64,000 bases of DNA, from assembly GCA_902580215.1 (NCBI GenBank), contig CACHJT010000003.1, forward strand, positions 24,521-88,520, written 5' to 3'. The notes beneath the pieces were generated by a model. The model was not told the origin of the DNA. It made no database searches and saw only the letters and a program-made list of their open reading frames with translations. The stretch is from an uncultured Candidatus Actinomarina sp. (GTDB taxonomy: Bacteria > Actinomycetota > Acidimicrobiia > Actinomarinales > Actinomarinaceae). Below, one piece after another: positions 11,174 through 20,395 of this stretch. The position numbers and the translations under genes were made by a program. How positions within the stretch are numbered: the stretch's first letter is position 1; each line of letters opens with the position of its first letter.

Positions 11174-12224
11174 GATTTAGTTCTTTCTGAATATTTACTT
11201 GGAAGTTTTCAAAGGCTGAATTTTTGTAGAATGATTTTGTAATAAAAGTACTATCATTTTTAGTCCAGCAATTCTTTTTAGTGTTTGAACTATCATATCC
11301 AAGACTAACCAGAATATTCATTGGGTTTATTGACATAAATCTTGTTAATTCTTCCAAGCTAAATAAATTTGAAGAAAATAAAACAACAAATGCTGACTCT
11401 AGCCCAACTACGCCTCTTGCAGATTTCTTGAAACTTACTTCTTTAGTTTCTTTTGGATGGGGCGCGTGATCAGTAGCAATTACATCGATAATTCCATTTT
11501 TTAGGCCATTAATTAATGCTTGCCTATCTTCTTCTGATCTTAATGGTGGATACATTTTGAGGCTTCCATCATTCATATTTATATCTAGGTTATTTTTTAA
11601 TAAGTGATGAGGGGTTACTTCAGCAGTTACTGGAAGGTCATTTTCTTTTGCATCTTTAATTAGTTCGACACTCTTTTTAGAAGAAACATGTTGAACATGG
11701 TATCTTGTTTTATATTTATTTACTAAATCTAAATCTCTTTTTATAATTTCAAACTCTTCATTTTCATGAATAGTGATTAATTCCGAAGTATTGTGAGGAG
11801 GTGCTATATCACCGGGGTTTGTGTGACAGTTTTTTTCACAATGTTGAAAAATTGCAGCATTTAATTGAGCAATTTTTTTAAAAGCAATTTCCGAAAGATC
11901 ATCATCAATAAGTGTTTTTCCATCATCTGAAAAAATTGTTACTCCTTCGTCAGCAAATTCATTAAAATTTACAAGTTCTTTTCCATCAAGGTTTTTTGAT
12001 AATGCTCCAACTCGATGAACTTTTATGTCTAATTTTTTATCAATAGACCTCGCAAGTTTAAGATTTTCTATTGAATCAATTGTTATTTCAGAATTTGCCA
12101 TAGCTAAAACTTCTGAGTACCCACCGTTTAGTGCTGCTTTTTCAATTTCTAAAAAAGGGAAATTATTTTTATCGGGATAACGTGTATGGGTATGAAGATC
12201 AATAAATGATGGCAGTTCAATCAT
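11166..12224 (-). CDS. pyrC: Dihydroorotase
   Basis: Amidohydrolase metal-ligand blocks DLHTHTR (HxH), FSDDG, HVQHVSS and ATDHAPH are all present. It is short at 352 aa. Confidence 0.8.
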   Translation of the reverse strand: MIELPSFIDLHTHTRYPDKNNFPFLEIEKAALNGGYSEVLAMANSEITIDSIENLKLARSIDKKLDIKVHRVGALSKNLDGKELVNFNEFADEGVTIFSDDGKTLIDDDLSEIAFKKIAQLNAAIFQHCEKNCHTNPGDIAPPHNTSELITIHENEEFEIIKRDLDLVNKYKTRYHVQHVSSKKSVELIKDAKENDLPVTAEVTPHHLLKNNLDINMNDGSLKMYPPLRSEEDRQALINGLKNGIIDVIATDHAPHPKETKEVSFKKSARGVVGLESAFVVLFSSNLFSLEELTRFMSINPMNILVSLGYDSSNTKKNCWTKNDSTFITKSFYKNSAFENFQVNIQKELNHV

Positions 12225-13099
12225 ATTGCTCCAAAAACATATTGATAGCTTGCAACCCTTGCAGGAATTGCCATTTTTAGTTGCTCTTGGTATATAAATT
12301 TTTTACTTTTTGCTGCATTGTCGTCTATTTCTATTCCAATATTTATCGGCATCGGGTGCAAGACAACAAAGTCATCAGAAGTGTTTTCAAGTATCTCATT
12401 GGTTAATTGAAAGTTTTTTTTGTAATTATTAAAATCAAAACCTTCGATATTTTCAATTCGTTCTTTTTGAACTCTTAATAATTCAACAGATCCTGAATTT
12501 TCAACTACTTCTTCCCAAGAATTAAAAACACATAAATTATCTAAATTACTAGGAAGAAGTTCTTCATTAGAGAAAACACCAACCTTAAATCCTAATTTGG
12601 TCAATAGTTCTCTGCCAGAGGAAAATACTCTTGAATGTTTGAGGTCACCAACATAAGTTACTGGTACTTCATAGGAAAATTTATTTAATTTTGTTAGAGT
12701 TGCAAAATCAACTAATGCTTGTGTTGGATGAGAAGTATTACCAAATCCTCCACTGATAACTGAAATTTCATTAAAATTTTTATATTCTTCTAAATTATTT
12801 TCTTTTGTCCTTATTACCAATGCTTCTATTCCCATTGATTTAAAGGTTTCCAATTCGTGAATCAAGCTTTCACCTTTTTCTTTAGCTGAAATCGAGTCTT
12901 GAGACTCTACTACATTGATCCCCAATTTCTGAGCAGCAATTGAAAATGAAAGCCTAGTTCTTGTTGAGCTTTCATTAAATTGTAAAAGGGTAAAAGAATC
13001 AATTTTTTTTAATTTTTGTATATTAAGTTTTAAAATTGAATTAATAATCTTTTCCAAATTTTCTTTTTCTACATTTTGAAAATCTAGAAGATGATTCAT
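12221..13099 (-). CDS. pyrB: Aspartate carbamoyltransferase catalytic subunit
   Basis: Carbamoyl-phosphate site STRTRLSF, plus HPTQAL and LHPMP blocks. Confidence 0.9.
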   Translation of the reverse strand: MNHLLDFQNVEKENLEKIINSILKLNIQKLKKIDSFTLLQFNESSTRTRLSFSIAAQKLGINVVESQDSISAKEKGESLIHELETFKSMGIEALVIRTKENNLEEYKNFNEISVISGGFGNTSHPTQALVDFATLTKLNKFSYEVPVTYVGDLKHSRVFSSGRELLTKLGFKVGVFSNEELLPSNLDNLCVFNSWEEVVENSGSVELLRVQKERIENIEGFDFNNYKKNFQLTNEILENTSDDFVVLHPMPINIGIEIDDNAAKSKKFIYQEQLKMAIPARVASYQYVFGAI

Positions 13100-13102
13100 A
13101 TG

Positions 13103-13597
13103 CTATGTGACCTCAACCTTATCAACATCATCTAATTCTTTGAGAAATACTGAAACATATTCTTCTTCATTAGTAGGTATATTTTTTCCAATGAATTTCG
13201 GACTAATGGGTAGTTCTCTATGGCCTCTGTCAATCAAGCAAAGAAGGGATATTAATCTTGGCCTGCCTGTATGAACAACGGCCTCTATTGAAGCTCTTAA
13301 AGTTCTTCCTGTATAAATGACATCATCAATCAAAATAACATCTCTTTCTTGCGGATCTATATCTAATTTGGTTTTCTTAATTTCTTCTTCTAAATCATCT
13401 CTAAATGGTAAATAATCAACAGTATCAATATCATGTGCGTAATTTAGCTGATCAAGGTTTTTCGAAATTCTTTTTGCAATTAAATCGCCTCTTCTTGGGA
13501 TTCCAAGTAAAAGAGGATTGATAAATTCAGATTCAGTAATTTCTTTACTAAGACGATAAATTAATTTATCTATTTCCAAGCCATTTCCTTTCGACAC
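13103..13597 (-). CDS. pyrR: Pyrimidine operon regulator / uracil phosphoribosyltransferase PyrR
   Basis: 164 aa with PRTase loop ILIDDVIYTGRT and a GTG start. It is the first gene of the pyrR-pyrB-pyrC-carA-carB-pyrF array. Confidence 0.8.
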   Translation of the reverse strand: MSKGNGLEIDKLIYRLSKEITESEFINPLLLGIPRRGDLIAKRISKNLDQLNYAHDIDTVDYLPFRDDLEEEIKKTKLDIDPQERDVILIDDVIYTGRTLRASIEAVVHTGRPRLISLLCLIDRGHRELPISPKFIGKNIPTNEEEYVSVFLKELDDVDKVEVT

Positions 13598-13657
13598 TCA
13601 CAGGTGTCAATTAAAGTCGTATTAATACTACCAAAAAATTAATTTAAAGAATTTGAT

Positions 13658-14587
13658 TTACCTATTTTCTCTAAAGAATGGAATACCAATATTTTTTGGA
13701 GCACCAGTATTTCCATTTTTTATAATTGTTAAGAAAACTAATACAAGGATAGTAATGATGTAAGGTGTAATTTTGACAATGTATGGACTCATTTCAAATC
13801 CATATGTTTGTAAACGTGGACCCAGTGCCTCAAGAAAACCAAATAGTAAAGCTCCAAACGCAGTTCTATATGGTTTCCATCCTCCGAATATTACTAATGC
13901 CAATGCAATCCATCCACGTCCAGAGGTCATACCATCGGTCCAATATGGAACATAGCTTAGAGTAAGATAGACACCAGAAAGACCAGCAAAAGCTCCACCC
14001 ACACAAGTTGCTATAAATTGTGTTTTTGCAATTTTTAGCCCCATAGAATCTGCAGATTTCAGATCCTCACCTATTGCTTCGATTCTTCTTCCGAACATTG
14101 TTTTCTTTAAAATATAAGCGGTAAAAATCATAAGCAAAATAGCTATATAAAAGATAAGATTTTGACTGAGCAATACTTGAAAAATATTTGATGGCTCTGC
14201 AATATCAATAAGGCTTTCAAGTTTGACTTCTAATTTTTTTCCAACATATGGTTTTCCAATTAAAGAAGAAAGAGAAAGTCCGAGGATAGTTAATATTAAT
14301 CCAGACACTGTTTGGTCTTGTTTTAGGACAACAGTAACAAAAGCATGGATTGATGAAAAGGCTGATGCACTTAGAACACCAACAATTACTGCTAAAAACA
14401 AATTTTCTGTATTAATTGCAGTAATGAAACCTGAAACAGCTCCAACTGAAATCATTCCCTCTACCCCTAGATTTAAAATTCCGGATTTTTCAGTAATAAG
14501 TTCTCCTAAAGCAGCAATAAACAACAATGTTGCAGCTTGCAATGTAGCATTTAGTAAACCCATTAACTGTACATCAATCATTTTCAT
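13658..14587 (-). CDS. ABC transporter permease (BMP-family nucleoside uptake system)
   Basis: 309-aa polytopic membrane protein and last gene of an operon ordered SBP, ATPase, permease, permease. It overlaps the preceding permease by 14 nt. Confidence 0.8.
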   Translation of the reverse strand: MKMIDVQLMGLLNATLQAATLLFIAALGELITEKSGILNLGVEGMISVGAVSGFITAINTENLFLAVIVGVLSASAFSSIHAFVTVVLKQDQTVSGLILTILGLSLSSLIGKPYVGKKLEVKLESLIDIAEPSNIFQVLLSQNLIFYIAILLMIFTAYILKKTMFGRRIEAIGEDLKSADSMGLKIAKTQFIATCVGGAFAGLSGVYLTLSYVPYWTDGMTSGRGWIALALVIFGGWKPYRTAFGALLFGFLEALGPRLQTYGFEMSPYIVKITPYIITILVLVFLTIIKNGNTGAPKNIGIPFFRENR

Positions 14588-15635
14588 CCTTTTTTAAAAT
14601 TTCATATGAAAAAAAGAATTGAGCTACCAAAGCACCAAAAAGAGTAGTTGCCTGAATTATCTCAGCAATATATGAACTTACACCGATAGTTTGTATTACA
14701 GAGCCTCCGATAGTTAAAGCTCCAAACAAACAACCTACTAAGAATATACCAATAGGTCTCATTCCAGTTATTGCTGCAACAATAATAGCTGTATAACCAA
14801 ATCCCTGAGAAATTCCAGTTGATACTCTGTGTGTCTGGCTTAATAATTCGATTGCTCCAGCTAGCCCAGCAAAACCACCACCAATTAACATTGCAAAAAA
14901 TGCTTTTTGTTTTGCACTAATTCCAGCATAAATGGCAGTCAATTCTGATCCACCAGCTATTCTCATTTCATATCCAAATACTGACTTGTCTTTAATGTAA
15001 TAAGCTATGAGAGTGAAAAGTATACAAATTAAAAATCCAGAGCTTAATTTTCCCAAAACAGTCGGTAAATAAACTGACTCACTTACATAGGCTGCTGCAG
15101 GAAAATTTAAAGAAGCAGGATCTTTCCAAGCACCGTTTATTAAATAAATAGTTAGCCCAAAGACAATATAATTCGTAAGAAGAGTTGTAATAATTTCATT
15201 CACTCCAAATAAAACTTTTGTAATTGCAGGGAAGAGAATACAAAAAGCACCTCCTAAAAATCCAGAAACTAACAGTAGCAAAATATATATTTGCGAATTA
15301 TTTATTGAAGTATTTATGTAAACAAAATTTAGAGCAATAGCTCCCATGAAAATTTGACCTTCAGCTCCAATGTTCCAGAGCTTTACAGAGTTAATTATTG
15401 AGATACCTAGTCCAGCCAATATAAGAGGTATTGCCTTATTTAGTGAGTTGCTGAGACTATTTACACTGCCAATAGATAATTTAAGCATTAAGGAGAAAAC
15501 ATCGAAGGGATTTTTTTCCTGAATAAATAATATTAAAGATCCCACAGCAAGGGCAATCAAAAAGCCTATTAAGAAAGAATAAAAAGTTGCTAGTTCATTT
15601 CTGTAAAGTTTTTTAGAAAGAATATATTTATTCAT
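14574..15635 (-). CDS. ABC transporter permease (BMP-family nucleoside uptake system)
   Basis: 353-aa polytopic membrane protein. It overlaps the ATPase gene by 8 nt. Confidence 0.8.
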   Translation of the reverse strand: MNKYILSKKLYRNELATFYSFLIGFLIALAVGSLILFIQEKNPFDVFSLMLKLSIGSVNSLSNSLNKAIPLILAGLGISIINSVKLWNIGAEGQIFMGAIALNFVYINTSINNSQIYILLLLVSGFLGGAFCILFPAITKVLFGVNEIITTLLTNYIVFGLTIYLINGAWKDPASLNFPAAAYVSESVYLPTVLGKLSSGFLICILFTLIAYYIKDKSVFGYEMRIAGGSELTAIYAGISAKQKAFFAMLIGGGFAGLAGAIELLSQTHRVSTGISQGFGYTAIIVAAITGMRPIGIFLVGCLFGALTIGGSVIQTIGVSSYIAEIIQATTLFGALVAQFFFSYEILKKDEND

Positions 15636-17121
15636 TTATACCAGCCATTGCATAGCCTATGGTCTCAATTGATGCTGAATCTATTCCAACTTCTTTTACT
15701 ACTTTGCCTTCGTAAAGAACAATAATCCTGTCGCTAAGTTTAAAAAGCTCATCAAGATCCTCTGAAATCAACAGAACAGCTGAACCTTTGTCTCTTTGAT
15801 TAATTATCAATTTATGAATTGCTTCAACTGCACTAACATCCAATCCTCTAGTTGGCTGGGCCGCAACAATTACTTCAGGGTTTGAAATTAATTCTCGACC
15901 CATTAAAAGTTTTTGCATATTTCCACCTGAAAGAGTAGATATTTCTGCTTTTACATCAGGCGCTTTAATCGCAAACTGCTTGATTAGATCATTTAAATAA
16001 CCTAGCATTTTCCCTTTTGATAAATGAGGACCGTAGCTTGCCTTAAAATATTCTTTTATAGCGGAATTATCTAAAACTGACACACCCGGAGCTAAACCCA
16101 CACCAAGCCTATTTTCAGGAATATAAGAAAGGCTTAGCTTTTTTCTAGATCTAACACCTTTTTTTGAAACATCTTGAGAATTAATTAAAACTCTTCCTTG
16201 AAATTCTTTTTCAATTCCACAAATAACATTTGCTAGCTCTACCTGGCCGTTACCAGATACACCAGCAACACCCAGAATCTCTCCTGCTTGAATTGTAAAA
16301 GAAATATCGTCAAGTGATTTAAATTGTTCACTGTTTGTAAGTGAAATGTCTTTTATTTCTAATTTGACGTCACCCTTCTTGTTATCTTTTTTAAAATTAG
16401 AAGTTTTAACCTCACCCATCATCAATTCAATAAGTTCCTGATCAGTTACTTTTTCAGTTTCTAAATTTTTTGCAACCATTTTTCCGTTTTTCATTACAAA
16501 TATTCTTTCAGTAAAATCTTTTATCTCTTTTAATTTATGAGTAATTAAAACAATGGTTTTATCATCTTCCTGAGAAAGTTTATCCAAAGATTCTTTAAGC
16601 TGTAATGTTTCCTGAGGAGTCAGAACTGCAGTAGGTTCATCAAGAAGCATAATTTCACTATTTTTAAAAATTAATTTCATTATCTCTACTTTTTGTTTTT
16701 CACCTACAGAAAGTTCACTAATAGGAGTTAGATAACTCGAATTCAAAGTAAATATTTCTGAATATTTTTCGTATGCTTCTTCAAAATTATCAGAAAATAT
16801 ATTTGCTTTAGAAAGAGTAAGATTATCTTTTATTGTGAAACTTTCTATAAGTCTAAATTCTTGATGTACCATTCCAACCCCAAAAGAAGATGCAATATCG
16901 GGGTTCATTTTTTGAATATTTTGGTTTTTAATTTTAATAGTTCCACTCTCTGGTAAATAAATTCCAGATAAAACATTCATTAAAGAAGATTTACCAGCAC
17001 CATTTTCACCCAGTAGTCCGTGTACGATACCTTTTTGTAGAAAGAAATCTACACTATCAAGTGCTTTGACGTTTCCAAAAGTTTTAGAAACACCTTTTAC
17101 TTCAAGAATTGGAGAACTCAT
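15628..17121 (-). CDS. ABC transporter ATPase with two nucleotide-binding domains
   Basis: 497 aa. Walker A GENGAGKSS, signatures LSVGEKQK and LSGGNMQK, and Walker B LLDEPT. This tandem-NBD layout is typical of sugar and nucleoside importers. Confidence 0.9.
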   Translation of the reverse strand: MSSPILEVKGVSKTFGNVKALDSVDFFLQKGIVHGLLGENGAGKSSLMNVLSGIYLPESGTIKIKNQNIQKMNPDIASSFGVGMVHQEFRLIESFTIKDNLTLSKANIFSDNFEEAYEKYSEIFTLNSSYLTPISELSVGEKQKVEIMKLIFKNSEIMLLDEPTAVLTPQETLQLKESLDKLSQEDDKTIVLITHKLKEIKDFTERIFVMKNGKMVAKNLETEKVTDQELIELMMGEVKTSNFKKDNKKGDVKLEIKDISLTNSEQFKSLDDISFTIQAGEILGVAGVSGNGQVELANVICGIEKEFQGRVLINSQDVSKKGVRSRKKLSLSYIPENRLGVGLAPGVSVLDNSAIKEYFKASYGPHLSKGKMLGYLNDLIKQFAIKAPDVKAEISTLSGGNMQKLLMGRELISNPEVIVAAQPTRGLDVSAVEAIHKLIINQRDKGSAVLLISEDLDELFKLSDRIIVLYEGKVVKEVGIDSASIETIGYAMAGINE

Positions 17122-17132
17122 ATATAAAAGTA

Positions 17133-17165
17133 ATTAAGCACTCCAGCATTGCCAGAGTGCTTAAT
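17133..17165 (-). terminator. Intra-operon hairpin (partial terminator or mRNA stabiliser) between the SBP and ATPase genes
   Basis: Perfect 11-bp inverted repeat: attaagcactc at 17133-17143 and gagtgcttaat at 17155-17165, with an 11-nt loop. On the transcribed (minus) strand it is followed by UACUUUUAUAUAU directly before the ATPase AUG. Confidence 0.45.
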
Positions 17166-17175
17166 AAAAAACATG

Positions 17176-18183
17176 TTATGGATTTACAGTACCAATAACA
17201 TTATCGATAAATTCATCTTCCACAATAGGAGGATCAAATGAACCACCAATTATCTCTTCAGTTCTTTGAGAGATTAAACTAGCAGTATCAGATGGGACAT
17301 CAGAGGAAAGCTCATATAAAGAGACTAATCCTGTATCCATACCACCCCAGTATGCTTCTGCGACAAACTCATCATTTACAATAGACTCAACTACTTCAAC
17401 ATAGTACGGACCCCAGTCCCAGACAGGAGCTGTTACGAAGGCTCCAGGAGCAGCATCTTGTCCATATGCAGTATTGTAAGAAATCCATTTAGCACCAGCA
17501 GCTTCTGCCGCAATACCTGTCGATGGTGAATCTTGGTGTTGTGCAAGTACATCAACTCCAGTTTCAAGCAAAGCATTTGCAGCTTGTGTTTCAGCTTCAG
17601 GGCCAAACCAAGTAAATGTCCAAACAACTTCAACAGTTGCGTCTGGATTTACTTCTTTAACACCTGTAGCAAAAGCATTAATGCCTCTGATAACCTCTGG
17701 TATAGGGAACGCAGCGACATAACCTATTTTGTTTGATTCTGTCATTGCACCTGCCGCTAAGCCAGAAAGATATCTTGGTTGATACATTTTTCCGAAATAA
17801 TTTCCAAAGTTTGTATCATTTTTAAGATAACCGGAGCAATGTAAGAAAATGACATCAGGATATTCCTCTGCCATTTCAGCCATTGCATCTAAATAACCGA
17901 AAGTTGTTCCAAAGATTATATTGTAACCTTGTTCAATATAAGCTTCAGCAACTGTTCTGAATTCTGTAGCATCTTCTGGAACAAGCTCTGTATAAGCTGT
18001 TTCGATTCCAGTTTGTTCTACAAGATATTGTCTACCTACATCATGTGCTTGTGACCAGCCACCATCGTCTGCTGGACCTACATACACAAATGCAGCTTTG
18101 TAATCATCTACGTCTGCGGCTCCCCCGCAGGCCATAGCAAGAATACTGATAATAAGTAGGCCTACCGCCCAACTTCTTCGCAT
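17176..18183 (-). CDS. BMP-family (PnrA-like) substrate-binding lipoprotein, probably nucleoside-binding
   Basis: Signal peptide with the lipobox-like sequence ILAMAC. Family-typical blocks AAFVYVGPADDGGW and GYVAAFPIPEV. It is the first gene of the ABC operon. Confidence 0.8.
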   Translation of the reverse strand: MRRSWAVGLLIISILAMACGGAADVDDYKAAFVYVGPADDGGWSQAHDVGRQYLVEQTGIETAYTELVPEDATEFRTVAEAYIEQGYNIIFGTTFGYLDAMAEMAEEYPDVIFLHCSGYLKNDTNFGNYFGKMYQPRYLSGLAAGAMTESNKIGYVAAFPIPEVIRGINAFATGVKEVNPDATVEVVWTFTWFGPEAETQAANALLETGVDVLAQHQDSPSTGIAAEAAGAKWISYNTAYGQDAAPGAFVTAPVWDWGPYYVEVVESIVNDEFVAEAYWGGMDTGLVSLYELSSDVPSDTASLISQRTEEIIGGSFDPPIVEDEFIDNVIGTVNP

Positions 18184-18309
18184 CCTTACCTCCTTTTCAT
18201 ACGATTAGTATAGAACATGCTCAAGCTACGTCTTTTATTTTGAAGCTAAAAAATAATTAAATATTTTCTCTGCACTTTTTATTCTTTGATAAAATTAGCA
18301 CTTACGAAA

Positions 18310-18771
18310 ATGGAAAAATTAATTTATACCTGGGAACAGCAAATTGATGACACAAATCTAATTTGTGAAAAAATTGAAGCAGATGGTTTTAAACCAGATG
18401 TGATTGTTGGCATTAGTAGAGGAGGATTGATTCCCGGGGTCATGATTTCTCATAAACTCAATATACCTTTTAAACCAGTACATGCTTCAACTAGGGACTT
18501 TCCACACTGGGAAAATTATCTTCCGAAATCTAATGATTCAAAAGTTTTAATTGTTGATGATATATGCGACAGTGGTGAGACTTTCGAGCGATTATCAAAC
18601 TATATTAAGGATAATATAAACCATGAATGCGATGTTCGTTTTTCCGCCTTGTGGTGGAATAACGAATGTGATTTTGAACCGCATTATTACACGAGAGATT
18701 TAGCAAAAGACTCTGAACCAGTCTGGATTTTTTTTCCACATGAAAATTGGTGGGAAGGTTCAATCAGCTAA
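18310..18771 (+). CDS. Purine phosphoribosyltransferase (xanthine-guanine PRTase-like)
   Basis: PRPP loop VLIVDDICDSGET and ISRGGLIPG. It is about 153 aa from ATG 18310 (the track start at 18286 is a TTG). It is transcribed divergently from the nucleoside ABC operon. Confidence 0.7.
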   Translation: MEKLIYTWEQQIDDTNLICEKIEADGFKPDVIVGISRGGLIPGVMISHKLNIPFKPVHASTRDFPHWENYLPKSNDSKVLIVDDICDSGETFERLSNYIKDNINHECDVRFSALWWNNECDFEPHYYTRDLAKDSEPVWIFFPHENWWEGSIS

Positions 18772-19173
18772 TTTTTGAGAAAATTCCTTTATAGTCTTCA
18801 ACATACTAAACGCACCATTTCTTCTAGCTGGACTCAAGATTACACCTAACTCAAATTCCTCCATTAGATCAATCTCTGAATTTACAATATCTTTTGGCGC
18901 TTCGTCGGAGTAGATTGATGCAATTAAGGTTACAAGTCCCTTAGCTATCAATGCATCTGAGTCGCTTTTGAAATATAATTTATTGTCTTTTTCTTCTGGT
19001 ACAAGCCAGACTTGACTCTGACAACCATTTACTTTAAATTCATCAATTCTTAATTCTGTTGGAAAGTTTTCACTTTTCTTAGCTTGTTCAATTAAGTATT
19101 GATATTTTTCTTGCGGGTTTGGAAATAATGATAAAGTTTTTTTGTACCCTTCGACTTTTTCTTGAATACTCAT
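18760..19173 (-). CDS. sufE: Sulfur acceptor SufE
   Basis: SufE/CsdE family with the acceptor Cys in VNGCQSQVW. It lies 1 nt downstream of sufS. Confidence 0.85.
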   Translation of the reverse strand: MSIQEKVEGYKKTLSLFPNPQEKYQYLIEQAKKSENFPTELRIDEFKVNGCQSQVWLVPEEKDNKLYFKSDSDALIAKGLVTLIASIYSDEAPKDIVNSEIDLMEEFELGVILSPARRNGAFSMLKTIKEFSQKLAD

Positions 19174-19174
19174 T

Positions 19175-20395
19175 TTAAGTTAATAATTTTATGCTTTCTT
19201 CTATAGCATTTGATAAGATATCAAAATCTTCTTCATCATTATAGATATAGCCTGTAGCTCTAAATGTAGAATCAAGATTTAATTTTCTGTGAAATGGCTG
19301 AACACAATGATGTCCTGCTCTTACTGCTACACCAAAAGTGTCTAGCATCAAGGAGACATCTGTTGCATGGACGCCATCCACACTCATAGCAAAAGTACAG
19401 CCAGCTAGTTTAGAGTTTGTATGGATAATATTTAAACCATCTATGTTTTCTAATTTATTCTTTGCATATTCTCGAAGATCATCAGAATGTTTTTGAACTC
19501 TATTCATATCTAGGTTGGATAAATAATCAACTGCTGCTCCAAGACCTATTGCCTCAACATATGGAGGAGTACCAGCTTCAAATTTATGTGGAATCGGGGC
19601 CCAAGTGGCTGTATCGTAAAAAACTTCTTCGATCATATCTCCACCTCCATAAACAGGATCCAAATTTTCTAGCAAATCTTTTCGTCCCCAAACTACTCCG
19701 ATACCAGTTGGTCCGAGCATTTTATGACCTGAAACACACAGAAAGTCTATCCCAAGATCTTGTACATCAATTTTTCTATGTGGAACAAGTTGAGCTCCAT
19801 CAACAATGTAAACCGCATCAGTTTTTTCTTTTACAAGGGTATTGATTTTTTTAATGTCAGGTAGCATTCCCGATATGTTTGATTCACCTACTATTGAGAC
19901 AACTTTTGTGTTTTTATTCAAAAAGCTTTCAAGATGATCAAAGTCTAATTCAAATGATTCGGATACGTTTACATAATTAATTTTCAAATTGTATTTTGCG
20001 GCAGCCATTTGCCATGGAATTATATTCGCATGATGTTCAATTTCTGAAAGTATTATTTCATCTCCTGAATTTAAATCTTTACAAATTGAATTAGCTAAGA
20101 AATTAAATCCCTCAGTACATCCTTTAGTAAAAATTATTTCATCTGAAGAATTTGCATTTATTAAGTTTTTTAATTTATTTCTAACTTCTTCATACTTAGC
20201 AGTGGTTTCAGAAGACAACACATATGTGCCCCTGTGAACGTTTGCATTCATGTTTGTATAAACATTTGTCATTTCATTAATTACTGAATTTGGTTTTTGT
20301 GAGGTTGCACCAGAGTCTAAATAAGTGAGTCTTTTTCCATTTATTTCTCTATCAAATATTGGAAAATCTTTTTTTAGATCACTTACTTTTATCAT
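19175..20395 (-). CDS. sufS: Cysteine desulfurase SufS
   Basis: Class V aminotransferase with PLP-Lys motif SGHKMLGPTG and persulfide Cys in RAGHHCVQP. It overlaps the sufC stop by 4 nt. Confidence 0.9.
   Translation of the reverse strand: MIKVSDLKKDFPIFDREINGKRLTYLDSGATSQKPNSVINEMTNVYTNMNANVHRGTYVLSSETTAKYEEVRNKLKNLINANSSDEIIFTKGCTEGFNFLANSICKDLNSGDEIILSEIEHHANIIPWQMAAAKYNLKINYVNVSESFELDFDHLESFLNKNTKVVSIVGESNISGMLPDIKKINTLVKEKTDAVYIVDGAQLVPHRKIDVQDLGIDFLCVSGHKMLGPTGIGVVWGRKDLLENLDPVYGGGDMIEEVFYDTATWAPIPHKFEAGTPPYVEAIGLGAAVDYLSNLDMNRVQKHSDDLREYAKNKLENIDGLNIIHTNSKLAGCTFAMSVDGVHATDVSLMLDTFGVAVRAGHHCVQPFHRKLNLDSTFRATGYIYNDEEDFDILSNAIEESIKLLT

Noticed and set aside
11166-12224. The short (352-aa) PyrC might be a non-catalytic PyrC-prime structural subunit.
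   Set aside because: The metal-ligand and catalytic blocks (HTH, FSDDG, HVQHVSS, ATDHAPH) all appear intact.
13598-13657. A PyrR-binding attenuator or anti-terminator, or a promoter (TTGACA at 13604-13609 on the minus strand), upstream of pyrR.
   Set aside because: I could not find the conserved PyrR loop sequence (..CCAGAGAGG..) or a convincing terminator hairpin. The TTGACA is only 6 nt from the GTG start, too close to act as a -35 box.
17176-18183. Calling the G+C-rich SBP gene a horizontally transferred gene.
   Set aside because: Composition alone cannot separate transfer from expression- or nitrogen-driven selection. The gene is perfectly integrated at the head of its operon. I keep it as a finding, not as a mobile element.
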